Assembly (NCBI GenBank): GCA_964016885.1
Contig: OZ024743.1
Span: 6,820,001 to 6,884,000, forward strand
DNA length: 64,000 bases
Reading direction: 5' to 3'
Origin: Eledone cirrhosa
Lineage: Eukaryota
The notes under the pieces: model-generated
What the model was told of the DNA's origin: nothing
Seen by the model: only the letters and a program-made list of their open reading frames with translations
The model's database searches: none
Part shown: piece after piece, positions 52,354 to 64,000 of the stretch
How positions within the stretch are numbered: the stretch's first letter is position 1
How the letters are laid out: each line of letters starts with the position of its first letter
Translations under genes and position numbers: made by a program

Positions 52354-52857
52354 CTAACATAAAACAAAAGAATCAAAATGAGTAAAAGAATTAAATTGAT
52401 CCACCAATATTGTACATTTTCAATGCAAAATGTCAGCAAGATTTATTTGATCAAGGCCGCAGATAACTGGCTACTCATACTGATGTTAAGGTATTTTTCT
52501 CAAAATAAATATCAAAGTCTTGTAGATTATGTGAGATAAAGTGTTTACCATGAAAATACGGTAGTAAATATAGAGTAATGCAAATGCTAGAGGGTTAAAT
52601 CAACTTTTCTGTGTCTTATCCCATTGATATTTCTTTCTAATCATAATGCTAATTAATAAATAAACTGAATTCACTAGTACTAAATGTTTATATAATAAGA
52701 ATGATTATCATGTAAAAGCAACTGTATTAATTAGAGAAGCCTAACTCCTTTCAATAAAAATTATAATGCTTTCCTTTTATTTATGATTTGGCTAGAAGAG
52801 AAAACAGTGTCTTTGATGTTAACAGACCCTCCCAGAAAATTTATGTAGCTGATGTTT

Positions 52858-55760
52858 ATAATAATAATGAAATTATTGTGTAAAGTGCTAAGGTGCACTA
52901 CAACTCGTCAATATAGTACATAGAATAATACACAAATGTCAGGGAAGTACATGTGTGTATGTGTTAGCTGTAGTGTTGGCGGATCTCGGGAAGCATGGAG
53001 GCCTTAAAGGATGCAGTGTCTCGACAGCTAACAACTGATGCAGGTAGTTTGTTCCATGCTTCAGCAACTCTGAGCATGAAAAAATGTTTCAGAAAGTCAT
53101 GGGAACTGTGCTGTTTTCTGACTTTGTGGGCATGTCCACGTGTGTTAGACACATGGAAATCGAAAAGGTACTCAGGGTTGTTGTTGGCAACATGGTTAAC
53201 AATTTTGTGGGTGTTTACCAAGTCAGTTGCCAGGCATCGGAGCTTCAATGAATCCATGCCCAGGGAAGCAAGGCGCTCAGAGTATGGTAGATGCCTGATG
53301 GAGGGTATTCGCTTGGTTGCACGTCTCTGAACAGTTTCCAGGCGGTCAATGTCCTGAGCAAGATAGGGGTTCCAGACTGGTGATGCAAATTCTAAGTGTG
53401 GTCGCACCATAGCTGTATACAGCCTTAAATAGATATCTGGAGAGCGGCTGACAAAGGTCTTGCTGAGTGATGCTAAGACACCCTCGGCCCTCTTGACAAT
53501 TTTAGAGACGTGCCTCGTCCAACGCAAATCGCTGCTGACCGTAATGCCCAGGTCACGTTCACAGGAAGACTTCTTGATATTAGTGCTGTGGAGGGAGTAT
53601 GTGGACGCTGGGTTTTTACTCCCAAAATGCATGGTGGTGCACTTGTCCACAGCTAGCTTGAGTTGCCAGTCTGAGATCCATTGTTGCATTGTGTCCAGGT
53701 CAGACTGCAAGCAAGATCTAGAGTGTTCAGGATCTGTCCTTTTTATTTCAAGGTACAGCTTGATGTCGTCTGCATACTTTAGTACTGTGGCATTCCTTAA
53801 GTTGGCATCTATGTCATTAATATATGCCACAAACAAAAGGGGGCCAAGAACAGATCCCTGTGGTACACCAGATGACATCTCATATGATGAGGAATGCTGT
53901 CCCAGAACCGTGACTACCTCTCTTCGACTGAGAATGAAGGACTTCAACCAGTTAAAAAGATCATCCTTCACACCCATTGCAGAGAGTTTTGCCATAAGCC
54001 TTTTGTGTGGCACAGAATTGAAGGCCTTCGCAAAGTCAAGGTAAACAACATCCACCCATGAGCCGCCATCAGTGATCCGGGTGATGTCCTCAAGAAACTC
54101 TATAAGTTGATCACAGCAGCTGGAGTTGGGGATAAATCCAAATTGCGAGGGCCGGATAAGACTGTGAGCTCCAGAAGTTCCAGAGTCTTTCTCTGACACA
54201 GGATTCCATCAGTTTGGCGATGCAACTAGTAAGACTGACTGGATGATAGTTCACAGGTGATGTGCGGTCACCCTTTTTGAACAGAGGAATGACACTGGCA
54301 GTTTTCCACTGTTCTGGAGTAGCACTGTTGTTCAGACAGAATTGGAAGAAGCGTGATAACTGGTGTAGAAGGAAGTACCCACCACGTTTAAGAAGCAGGT
54401 ACGTAATACCATCAAGACCAGGAGAGGCATGGTTGCGTTTATTTTTTAGGTGACGTCGCAGCATTGCAGGTGTAAATTCCATGGTTGTAATAGAGTCCGG
54501 TGTCATAGGTGGTGGAGATGGTACACTCTGGTTCTCAATAGTGAAAATGCCTGCATAGCATTCAGCAATGAGCTCTGCGCATTCCTTGGGGTCGTCAGTA
54601 ACCTGGCTTGTGTGGGGATTGCGAAGAGGACCAACTGAAGAGTGAGGCCTCTGCTTTGAGTGAACATACTTCCAGAACACCTTACTGTCAGGGCTGGTTG
54701 CTATGCGCTGCTCAAATTGAAGCACTGCCTTTTTTGTCACCTGTTTAAGGTGGTTGGACGATCTATTTCGCCTCTTCCTATTAATGTTTGATTTGTGAAG
54801 TTTGTACTCACGTTCAGCATTGCGCCGTTCTTTTCTGGCAAGACGGACTGCTGCAGTCTCCCAAATTGCGCTTTTAGGATGTTTTTTCCGCTTACGTGAC
54901 ACCGATGCTGTCCATATTGAGCTCAGGATGTTCTGGAGTACAGTGTTGACATCTCCAGAGTCGTAGAACTCAAGCCAGTTTGGCCGTTGCAACTCGGTGC
55001 AGTAACAGTTCCAGTCTGCTTTATTCCAGTCAAAGTGAGCAGTTTGGAGATGGTTGTGGTTCTTGTTACTGCCCATGAGGGATAGATTGGCAATGATCAT
55101 AGCATGATCAGAGTCACCTAAAGGTTCCTCAGCAGTAACACTAATGACCGTTTCAGGAGTAGTGGTGAAGAGTAGGTCCAAAGTGTTGTCACCTCTCGTT
55201 GGGGAGGTGACCACCTGGGACCAACTCGAGTCCAGCACCAGCTCAAGGAAGTCATTTGCACTTGGCGGCCAACGAAAGGTCTCCCAGTCAATCTCAGGGT
55301 GATTGAAGTCACCTCCAATGAAAACATAAGTGGCTGTCTTCCTGGCAGCAGCTCTGAGGATATCACAAAGTTGAGTGTCCTGATGGTAATTTGGGGGGTG
55401 GTAAACGACTCCAAGTAGCAGTGTTGACATGGTCATATGTATATCGCAGAAAAAAACTTCCTGCTGTGATTGATTCAAATCAGCACAAGGAATTGCCGAC
55501 AGATTTGACCGAACGTAGACCATTACACCACCACCACCACGATTAATGCGGTCTTTACAAAACAGGTTGTAGCCAGTCATGCTGAAAACCCCATCACAGA
55601 GTAAGGGATGTGCCCAAGTTTCCGTGACTGTAATGAAGTCCGGGTTGATACTTTTGACGTAGGAGTCAAAAAGATGAATCTTATTGCATAGACTACGTGC
55701 ATTCAAGGACAACAATTTGTACTTTGATTCCAGTCTATGATTATGTGCAGGGGATTTTTG
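52858..55760 (-). mobile_element. CR1-group LINE, nearly complete ORF2 (APE endonuclease plus RT) with one frameshift near 54165
   Basis: ORFs 54111-55715 (NARS, TETW, GDFN, SDH) and 52964-54199 (QFGF, LDFAKAF, GVPQGSVLGP, YADD, TRGH, WNKLP); (ATT)n 3' tail. Confidence 0.93.
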
Positions 55761-56774
55761 GACATTTGTAGATTAACATTTCCAGGAAAATTATAGGCAG
55801 GGAACGAATTCACAAATTGCAGTTCATAGGAAGTAGGATTGACAAAGGATTTAGACTGTGTTATCCTCAATAGCCCACACATGGAGGGGCTCTACTGGGC
55901 TGGGTTTGCCAAATATATATTGCAAAGCAGCACTCCCATAACGCTGGATGGTCAAGGGAAGAGTGAAGTTTTCATTGGTCCAAATGCTTGTAAAAGTGTA
56001 ATGATGCTACAGACATATCAACCAAAATATTAATATAAATAAACTGTCTTTTGTTGAAACAAACTATACCAATAATGAAACTTACCAGTAAGGAAAAAAA
56101 CCTGTATGCAGAAATTATATATGGGTAGAAGGAAAAATATATAGACTATGTTAGATACTTGTGTTTGATTTTGTGGAAGTTTTCATTGAAATATTCCTTG
56201 CACTAATATTGTCATTGATCCAAAAGAGACTACTATTCTGTCAATGATGACATCATTTTCCACACATAAATTATCCTTTAATAACTTTAATGTGTTTCTC
56301 ATCAAAAAAATTAGTACAACAGACAAATGGTAACAACAACAAAAAACACAATATGTGCAGTGCATCCAACAGACATTTTTCCAAAAAAGATTTAATATGA
56401 AGTAGAAAAATTAAACTTGAGAAGATTAAGCTCTGCAAAAGAACTGAAAAGACTGGACAAGATTGTTGGAAAGATGTTGTGAAAATGACTTACTCAAGCT
56501 ATATTTGCATAAAAGATGTTTTATGTGTGTGGGAGTATATGTGTCCTTGGTTGAACAAGTGACTAGAAAGCCTATTAAACAATTTAATTTTGGACAGTTC
56601 ACATTCTCTAACAGCCTATATTATTAATATAAGAAAGTATATAATTCATTTCTTATGATTCCAACACCACAAGGACCACAGTGAAAATGGGGGGAGGGAG
56701 GTTTAAATAGAATGATTGAAAGAAAATTAATATTGATGGGTGGATATGCTCCTAACACAGCACATTGTTAAAAT

Positions 56775-57599
56775 TGAAATTACGGGATCTTGGTAGTGAA
56801 AATATAATATATATATTTAACGAAGGGTATAATAAGTAGAAATTAGTTAGAAGGATTTAACATAATTGTTAGATGTGGTAACAAGTATAATAAGAATAGG
56901 TGTAATAACGAGAATATAAAGAATAAATGATTTGGTTTATATATGGTTTACTTCACGTGAATCAATTAAAAAGTACATATAAAAAAGTTACCAAGAGTTG
57001 TTAATTTTGTTATTGTTGTTGATGGGAAAACAGATAATGTTGTTGTTGTTATTTGGAGTCCGTGGTAGTAATTCTGAGACTGTAGTGAGTAAGAGAGAGT
57101 AATGGTTTGTATACCTCTGTTATGGTCTGTAATTGGTTGTAGACCACTGTGGCTTGTACATGGTCTGTAGTAGTAGGGCTCCAATCTCTCTGTGTGTATC
57201 TGTAGACCTCATGGGGTCTGTTGATAATGGTGAATCTTTCGCATAGCTTGTTCTGTAGTGAGGTGCTCCGATGTCTCTATCTCTGTAGACCACTGGGGTC
57301 TGTTGATAGCAGTGAATCCTTACATAGTTAGTTGCTAGCGTAATGCTCTGATGTCTCTGGCTGTAGACCACTGGGGTCTATAGATAGCAGTGAATCCTTA
57401 CATAGTTGTTATAGGTGTAATGCTCCGATGTATCTATCTAAAGTAGGATGGTACAGGCTCTATATATAGCTGTCACTTCCTGTCCCCCAACCTGAGGGGA
57501 CAGCCCACGCATGAACTTGATCACACCAAAAGGGTGTTGACCTAGAATTTGATCTTTAGGTGTCACTCAAGGTTCAAGGCGCGGATAGATTTCGCTCCA
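56775..57599 (-). mobile_element. Possible solo LTR containing ~80 bp tandem repeats
   Basis: TG...CA ends, TATA-like box at ~57460-57468, three ~80 bp repeats at 57199-57438. No convincing TSD. Confidence 0.35.
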
Positions 57600-57663
57600 T
57601 ATATATGTGTAGGTGCTCATACACACATACATACTACTACACAGATGGACAAATAACAATATA

Positions 57664-57856
57664 CAGTCTGTTCTCTTTTTAAGCGAACTTGAAGTACACG
57701 AATTTGCTTTAACGCCTCTTGCAAAAATATTCACTTTGCTTGAATAACATGCTATAACGAATGTGATTTTTAATTAAATATAATATTTGAATTATGCGAA
57801 TTTACTTTACGCGCCGTGTTCACAAACACATCTTCACATAAAAAGAGAACTGAATA
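57664..57856. mobile_element. pogo/Tigger-type MITE
   Basis: TA-CAGTCTGTTCTCTTTTTA ... TAAAAAGAGAACTGA, degenerate TIRs. Confidence 0.55.
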
Positions 57857-57913
57857 TGAAACATATTTAAAATTTGTTATATACAATTCATTTCAAATAC
57901 AAAGTACTTTTAC

Positions 57914-58049
57914 CTTTAAGTTGCTGTGAAACAGCTTTCTCTTCGGTTGTGTGTGCATCTTCAAAATGTGTTTGCAATTGTGTTACAGAAGAATAATCTC
58001 TTAGACAGATGGGACAAATGAATCCTTCTCGAATATCAGTGCTTGTCAT
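57914..58049 (-). CDS. RBSN: Rabenosyn-5 coding exon 1 (C2H2 zinc finger)
   Basis: MTSTDIREGFICPICLRDYSSVTQLQTHFEDAHTTEEKAVSQQLK. An acceptor just upstream of the ATG implies a non-coding 5' exon further right. Confidence 0.92.
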
Positions 58050-58299
58050 CTTCAAAAATATCTAAATTAAAAATATATATAATATACATATAATTCGACA
58101 TATAAAAAACAATTTAATATTGATTTTATATTATAAAGTCAACATTTTGTGTAAAACCAGACATAGTTCATAATGATCATATGCAAAACATTTCCCCTAA
58201 AATGCACTCAATACACTTTGTAAAGTGGTTGGAGATCCAACAGAAACAGTGTAAGTTAAAGGAGACACTTCAGTTTGTCATTTCGGTTATCATTCAGCA

Positions 58300-59045
58300 T
58301 ATGTTACCAGAAGTCAAGACGGACTTACATTCTTTTAAATATATACACACTACCATGCAATGCAGAACACCTCACATCTCTGATCCTCATGTTGTAAGAT
58401 ATTGACAGACCTTCTTTCAGCCTCTTTCTGAGCTATGCATACCTGTCTTCTAGCTTCTCTCTTAGGTACCTGTTACTGGTCACTGCTGGCCCCATTTTGC
58501 CAGGCTTTCCACACCTGTCTTTTGGCCTTAATGGCTCTATCTACTCTGCTTTTCCACCACCAGGTCACCCCCTATGTGGCTAGTGCTTTGATCCAGTCAC
58601 ATATCTCATCAGTAGTTTGCAGTAGGCTGTTGTGCAAGAATTTCCAATTGTCCTCTATGTGAAATGTATCCAGTTTGTTTCCTTTCTCATCATATGCATC
58701 CCGTAGAGCCTCTCTAAACCTTCCATACTCTCCATCTCCATATATTCCTGCATGTCTTCTGCTTATTCTGATGTCACTAATAACTCATTTGTGTTGCGCA
58801 TTGCATTCGTCACGAGGGAATGTCTTAACGTTTATGACCATCTGTCTATCTCATTGTCTTAAGTAAGAAGTCAATCTACCTTGTGTGTTCGCCTGATTGG
58901 TAAGTAATTAGATGGCTGGTAGATTTCCTGAAGTTAGTGTTGCAAATTCACTTGTGTCACAGATTCTAGAAGCCTCATTCCCTTTTCATTTCTCTGGCTA
59001 TATCCATATCCACCATGTACTCCAGGGAATCCATCCTGGTGATGC
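58300..59045 (-). mobile_element. Degraded RTE LINE (endonuclease and tether)
   Basis: GVHGGYGYSQRNEKGMRLLE motif; similar to 15650-16300. Confidence 0.75.
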
Positions 59046-60222
59046 TCAAGGCAGTGGTAATGGGGTATGGTGACAGATCGGACAGGTCGCAAAGGCAAGG
59101 GGAAAGTAACATTTATGATCAAATGAAGATTGACTGAGAAAAATAGACAAAGAGAATGGAAAATAATAATATAAGTGGTTAGCTTTGTTAGAGTTTTGAA
59201 TTCATTCAAATTTGACTTGCATGTAGTAAAAGCTCAATAGGACAAACAGGTTGTTTGAGAAGATGAAGTGAGGGAGGTGAATATATATATATATGTGTGT
59301 GTAATCATCAGTTTTACACCCTTTTATTCCATATTACCATGGGGTGGATGAGAAATTTTGTGGCTGAATTCTATGGCCTGATGCCAACATTTATTTGATT
59401 TATTTTCTAAGATACAGATCTTTGCATATCTAACCAATGAGCAGCTAAATGTAAATAAATATTAGACTTGTGATGTCAAATGGGAAAATAAGAAATAAAC
59501 AAATATACAGGCACACATGACCAAACCTATAGTGATGTGTGAGAGAGAGAGAGAGTCCAAAAACAACACAGGCGACAAATAAAGGATACTAAAAAACTTG
59601 GAGCAGACGGACAAATGGAAATTTCCCACCCAGCCATCACCTGGGTGTTTTTGTGGTACACAGACATTACCACTCTTCCCAGTGCACTAATGGCTACTCA
59701 GAAAAGAGAGCTATTGGGGATTAAAATGCAATGAATACAAGACAAGACAACAAAACAATACAGGTCAGAGTCTTTCAACTCAACTGATAGGGAAACAAGC
59801 CGTATGGGACATGCACAACTGTCTTCTACAATTAACCATGAGTTAACCAATGCCTTGTGAGTGAAATTTGGTAGGCAGTAACTGTGTAGAAGTCTGTTGT
59901 GTATGTGCAAGTGCGTATGTATCTGTGTTTACCTTTACTATTTATGCCCTATAACTTAGCAATTCAACAAAACACAATTAAGAAAAAAAAACGTACCAGG
60001 CTTTAAAAAAATGTCCTGGGGAATATGATAAACTAAATCCCTTGAAGGCAGTGTCACAGCATTGCTGTGGACAAATGGTTGAAACCAGTAAAAATATAAA
60101 AGAATATATATTATATACAATCATCATCATAATTTAATGTCAGTTTTACATAGTAGCATGAATTAGATGGAGCATCACAGCCCAAGTCAGTATTTAATCA
60201 GAGCTACTGTACTCACAGACAC

Positions 60223-60368
60223 TTCTTCACCCACTTATTCCCGAGAGGGTCGTGGGGGCAGAGTCGTCAAACACTCCTTCCAGCGGGTCCTGTCAGAAGC
60301 AACCATCTCCAACTGATCTGACTGGATCCCCAAGCAAGACTAACCAAGCTCATGGATGTTATCCAACC
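60223..60368 (-). mobile_element. RTE 3' fragment (second family) between 84 bp direct repeats
   Basis: Reverse complement of 9047-9180; repeats at 60139-60222 and 60372-60455. Confidence 0.78.
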
Positions 60369-60486
60369 AACGTCAGTTTTACATACAAGCATAAGTTGGA
60401 TGGATCATCACTGACCAAATCAGTATTTAATCAGAGCTACTGTACTTACAGACACAACAGATTTTTTTTCTTTAGAAATGTAAATT

Positions 60487-60670
60487 CATTTGGACATCTG
60501 TTTCCAAAATAGGCCTATCATCATTTAAAATTTGTTCCAGCGTATATCCTTCTTCATCAATAATATTTTTCAATAAAGCTGGAAAAGCAGCTGTGGCTTC
60601 TTTTTCGGTACTTGCCAGCTCACCTGTTATCTGTACAGCATACAATTGAATCTATATACATTTAGCCATT
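60487..60670 (-). mobile_element. Tigger/pogo transposase fragment
   Basis: Manual translation ITGELASTEKEATAAFPALLKNIIDEEGYTLEQILNDD..LFWKQM resembles Tigger GEAASAD...YTPEQVFNADETGLFWKRMP. Confidence 0.75.
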
Positions 60671-62099
60671 GATACAGGGATAAATCAAGGAATAAATATC
60701 TGTAATTGAAAACCAAACAATAACAAAAACCTACTAGTATTGAATTTAGCAGCCCATACATTCACAGCATTGCAACGGGTGATAGCGAGTCTAAAACACT
60801 GGAATAACCAAGTACCCTTGTGAACACTACCTCATGTCAACAAGGCAAACCACCAACAATTACAAGAACCTCCGTGTCGGCGGTCCAGTTCACCCAAACG
60901 TCTCAAACACTACAGGCTTTAAAAAAAATATATTTTGCCGATAATTCCTTCAATTTTAGAATTTTATTCTGTTCAACTACAGATGCAGTGACCCTCACCT
61001 TCACCGTAACATCCAGGATGAGGGAAAGAGCAAAAGAGTACATAACTGTGGGGCCCAAATGAAACATCTACTTCAAACCCAAGGGTAAAGGATGAAATGA
61101 TCTGGCCTTTTCCAATCAACCCTGGACAATCTAGCTGGCTCCAAAATTGTGGGGATATTGACTTGAACCAGGGTCCACTTGATTAGTTATATTTCATATT
61201 TATGAAGTAAACGTTAGATATATATCTTAGGTGACGATTGTAAAAGAGGTTGAATAGTCCGTATTTGTAATTCCAAATGAGCTCGTCATTTCAAAGTGAA
61301 ATTAAAGATTTCAAAATGAGATTGTGATTTGAAAATGTGAATAACGAGTTAAACAGAAAAAGCTTTATTCAATAGAAAATATAACATCAAAGCACCTTAA
61401 CGTTATCTATAATTGCCTAGTTAATTATATTTTCATTAGCCTAGCAGCTAGGCAAAATACTCATTTAATCTTTTGAAAATTGATTAATATATGGTACAAA
61501 TAAGCAACCGTCTCATTTTATCTCTCACCTTTGGGTAATGCTTCTCGTTTTTCTGTCTCTATATTGTCTAAAATTATTATTATTTACAACCTTGGAATTA
61601 ATGCCTATGGATCGAGAAAAGTCCTTGTAGCTCGATCCACGATCATAGTATATGAGCTACCCATAAACGACGTTAGACAATGGCATCTGTGTTTCACCTC
61701 CATTTGATACTGCTTGTCTAAGTATTACAAAAACATTTTAGAGAATAAATAGTTTAACTTTTAAACAATTCCGTGCTGCACTGTACATTAAAAACCCTTT
61801 GTACAACGATGTCAGACACTCCGTCAGATGTAATCAACACAAACCTCGACAGAAGACAAACTACATAGGGGATATAACTCTTTGCATTACTGTGATTAAA
61901 AAAGGCAAGTGTTTGTTTTTTGTTTATACTATCATAGCATTACATTTCTCCGACTGATAAAGTCTTCCTTGCTATATACAACTTCTCTATGTGAAGATAC
62001 ATTGCATCCCGTAACTCTTCGGGAAGTCGTAGTGTTGTCGTATTAACATACGGCATTTCTGGGGCATTTTAAAACCAGGCGGAGCCCATCCCTCTCCAT

Positions 62100-62321
62100 G
62101 TTTAAACACAGCAAATTTCTTCCAGAGAAGGATAGAGAGAGTAAGAGAATGAAAGAGATATAGAGGAAGAATCAACCCTTATTAGACTGGTACTATTTTA
62201 TCGACCGCGAATGGATGAAAGGCAAAGTTGATCTCAGAGGGATTTGAACTCAAAGAACAGAGCAGAAACGAATACCGCAAATCATTCTATCCAACGTTTT
62301 AACGACTCTGCCAATTCGCCC
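62100..62321 (-). mobile_element. SINE family A, unexpanded copy
   Basis: Reverse complement matches 2084-2260 and 4725-4760. More degraded copies near 10515-10700, 32624-32815, 37380-37620 and 38030-38190. Confidence 0.8.
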
Positions 62322-63090
62322 CCTGGAAATACATTACTTTTGGCTAATTAAATTAAGTTTAAGCTTTGTTTAAGTAAAATGTGTTCACTTTGAAATCGCT
62401 ATTATCACTTAAATCTCATAAAACGAATCTCATATGTGCCTGCAAATACTGAATCTTCATTCATCAGTGTTTTGTTGTTTGTTTTTTTATTTCGTTTTAC
62501 TGAATTGAAAGGTTACAAAAGAAAGAAAAGAAAACAAACAAAAACATTAGTATGAGAGACATACCCTTAACGAATTTTAATTTTAATTTTATAATATTGT
62601 TTGATTTTATTTCTCATTAACGTTTTAACAAAATGACGTTAAGTGAGGGCTGCTTATATTATAGTTTCCACTGTAGGGACATTCCCAACATAAACTTTTG
62701 ACTAAAGACCATAACAATTTAGGTGCCTTCTCACAATAACATTCTAACCAGCAATACAGAGCAGCGTTAATGCTAGCAAGGAATATCTGAGTTCTTTTGG
62801 TCTACATTAAATCACCTTTTCCGTCATCCAAGCAACCGCCACCACAAGCTGGGTGTAGCTGTAATCACTTCAATAATCTAATTACGAGTTTGTTTGCTAC
62901 TCGCTAAGACTTTATTTTTTTCTCTTTTTCTGCCTTTCTCTTACATGTCATATGCGCGATGAAACATTTTCTGCTTCCCTCTCCAGTTCACGACTCACTC
63001 CTCCAGTTAGGGCATCGTGGATCTAGCTACAAATCTGCAACATCCCACCTCCTAACTCACACAATTCCCTAAGTCCTTCATATTTTAGGC

Positions 63091-63121
<31 letters not shown>

Positions 63122-63143
63122 TATTAAGGCTGAATAGTGAGTC

Positions 63144-63189
63144 TTGTTACACTGGAATTTCGCCTGTTTATCACAGGGTCATCAGACAA
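63144..63189 (-). ncRNA. Degenerate hammerhead ribozyme motif of a different family, embedded in (TA)n
   Basis: ttgt CTGATGA c cctgt gataa acagg c GAAA ttccagt GTA acaa. Stem I 4 bp; stem II 5 bp with a C-C mismatch at its base; weak stem III. Confidence 0.55.
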
Positions 63190-63887
63190 TATATATATAT
63201 ATATATGCTACTAGTTAAAATGAGTAAGACCATTATTCAAGTACTCTATATTTAAGTAGAGTGTAAATATTTCTATACGAATTCTTGGCCCGACGTGAAG
63301 CTAAAACCGTTTCGATATATATTTTACATACAAGTGTATGTGTTTTCCTTCAATTATCCGATCTATTGAAAGAAAATGGGATGGGTGGATTTAAAAGCAA
63401 TATTGACAGTTCTATGATATTTCTTTTTTTTTTTGTGAATCGTATAAGAACCCGCATGCCTTAGAAAGAAGCATAAATATATATATTAGAAATCGTATAA
63501 CAAAACTAAATTGATGGTAAATAATGACAAAATATTTCATTCATGCTGTCAACAATAAAAATATATACATATATATGACTAACCAGATATCACGATCTTA
63601 AACTCCTTATATTTCTGTGCTTATTCGACGAAAGCTGACCGAAGTTGAATCACACCATGTTCAAAAGACAATTAAGTTAAATTGAAAGATGAAAAATAGG
63701 TCACCATAATCAAATATTATAGAGTAAATAAATAGATCTAAAATAGTATATCATTTTATTACTGGGTTAAATGTAATGTAGTAAGTCAAATGGTTGCTGC
63801 TCATCTACTATATTCAGTGCGGACTTGTGAGAAAAGAGTAATTATAACTATGGATAACCAAAATTGACATTAGCATATATGTATATA

Positions 63888-63936
<49 letters not shown>

Positions 63937-63941
63937 ATGTA

Positions 63942-64000
63942 CTAGCAGTAGTACCCGACGCTGCTCGGGGGAAAATGACTCAGTTGGAGGACAATTTCTT
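63942..64000 (-). mobile_element. Helitron 3' end (extends beyond the window)
   Basis: Minus strand reads CCCGAGCAGCGTCGGG tactactg CTAG|T, the same architecture as 21078-21105. Confidence 0.7.

Noticed and set aside
52995-54638. Plus-strand ORFs of 111 and 194 aa, and others
   Set aside because: Antisense shadows of the CR1 ORF2; likewise 19052-19426 is the shadow of ARMC10-like exon 2.
61500-62050. RBSN promoter or non-coding first exon (possible donor AAG|GTGAGA near 61529)
   Set aside because: Plausible from CpG content, but it cannot be located without transcript data.
63206-63320. Another hammerhead half (CGAAACGGT on the - strand)
   Set aside because: No CUGANGA partner is present, so the evidence is insufficient.

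Overview
AT-rich, intron-rich animal genomic DNA. The SINE, RTE and MITE repertoire suggests a coleoid cephalopod (octopus-like); this is inference. Three spliced host genes can be rebuilt by hand with GT-AG junctions and consistent phases. MRPS25 (- strand, exons 1-3; the last exon lies left of the window) is absent from the ORF track. An ARMC10/Armcx-like gene (+ strand, 5 exons, 490 aa) lies head-to-head with it, ATGs 237 bp apart. Rabenosyn-5/RBSN (- strand, 8 coding exons, 484 aa) follows. The most structured object is a young ~8.1 kb Penelope-like retroelement (Naiad-type motifs) inserted in (TA)n in RBSN coding intron 3. It has a direct pseudo-LTR, a ~2 kb inverted duplication, three identical hammerhead ribozyme motifs, and an RT-GIY-YIG ORF split by a PHD-finger RTE LINE. 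An intact stand-alone GIY-YIG ORF begins at the inversion junction. The rest is transposon debris: RTE and CR1 LINEs, two tRNA-SINE families (one has grown a 2.5 kb minisatellite), a TTAA piggyBac-type MITE family, mariner/pogo remnants and Helitrons.
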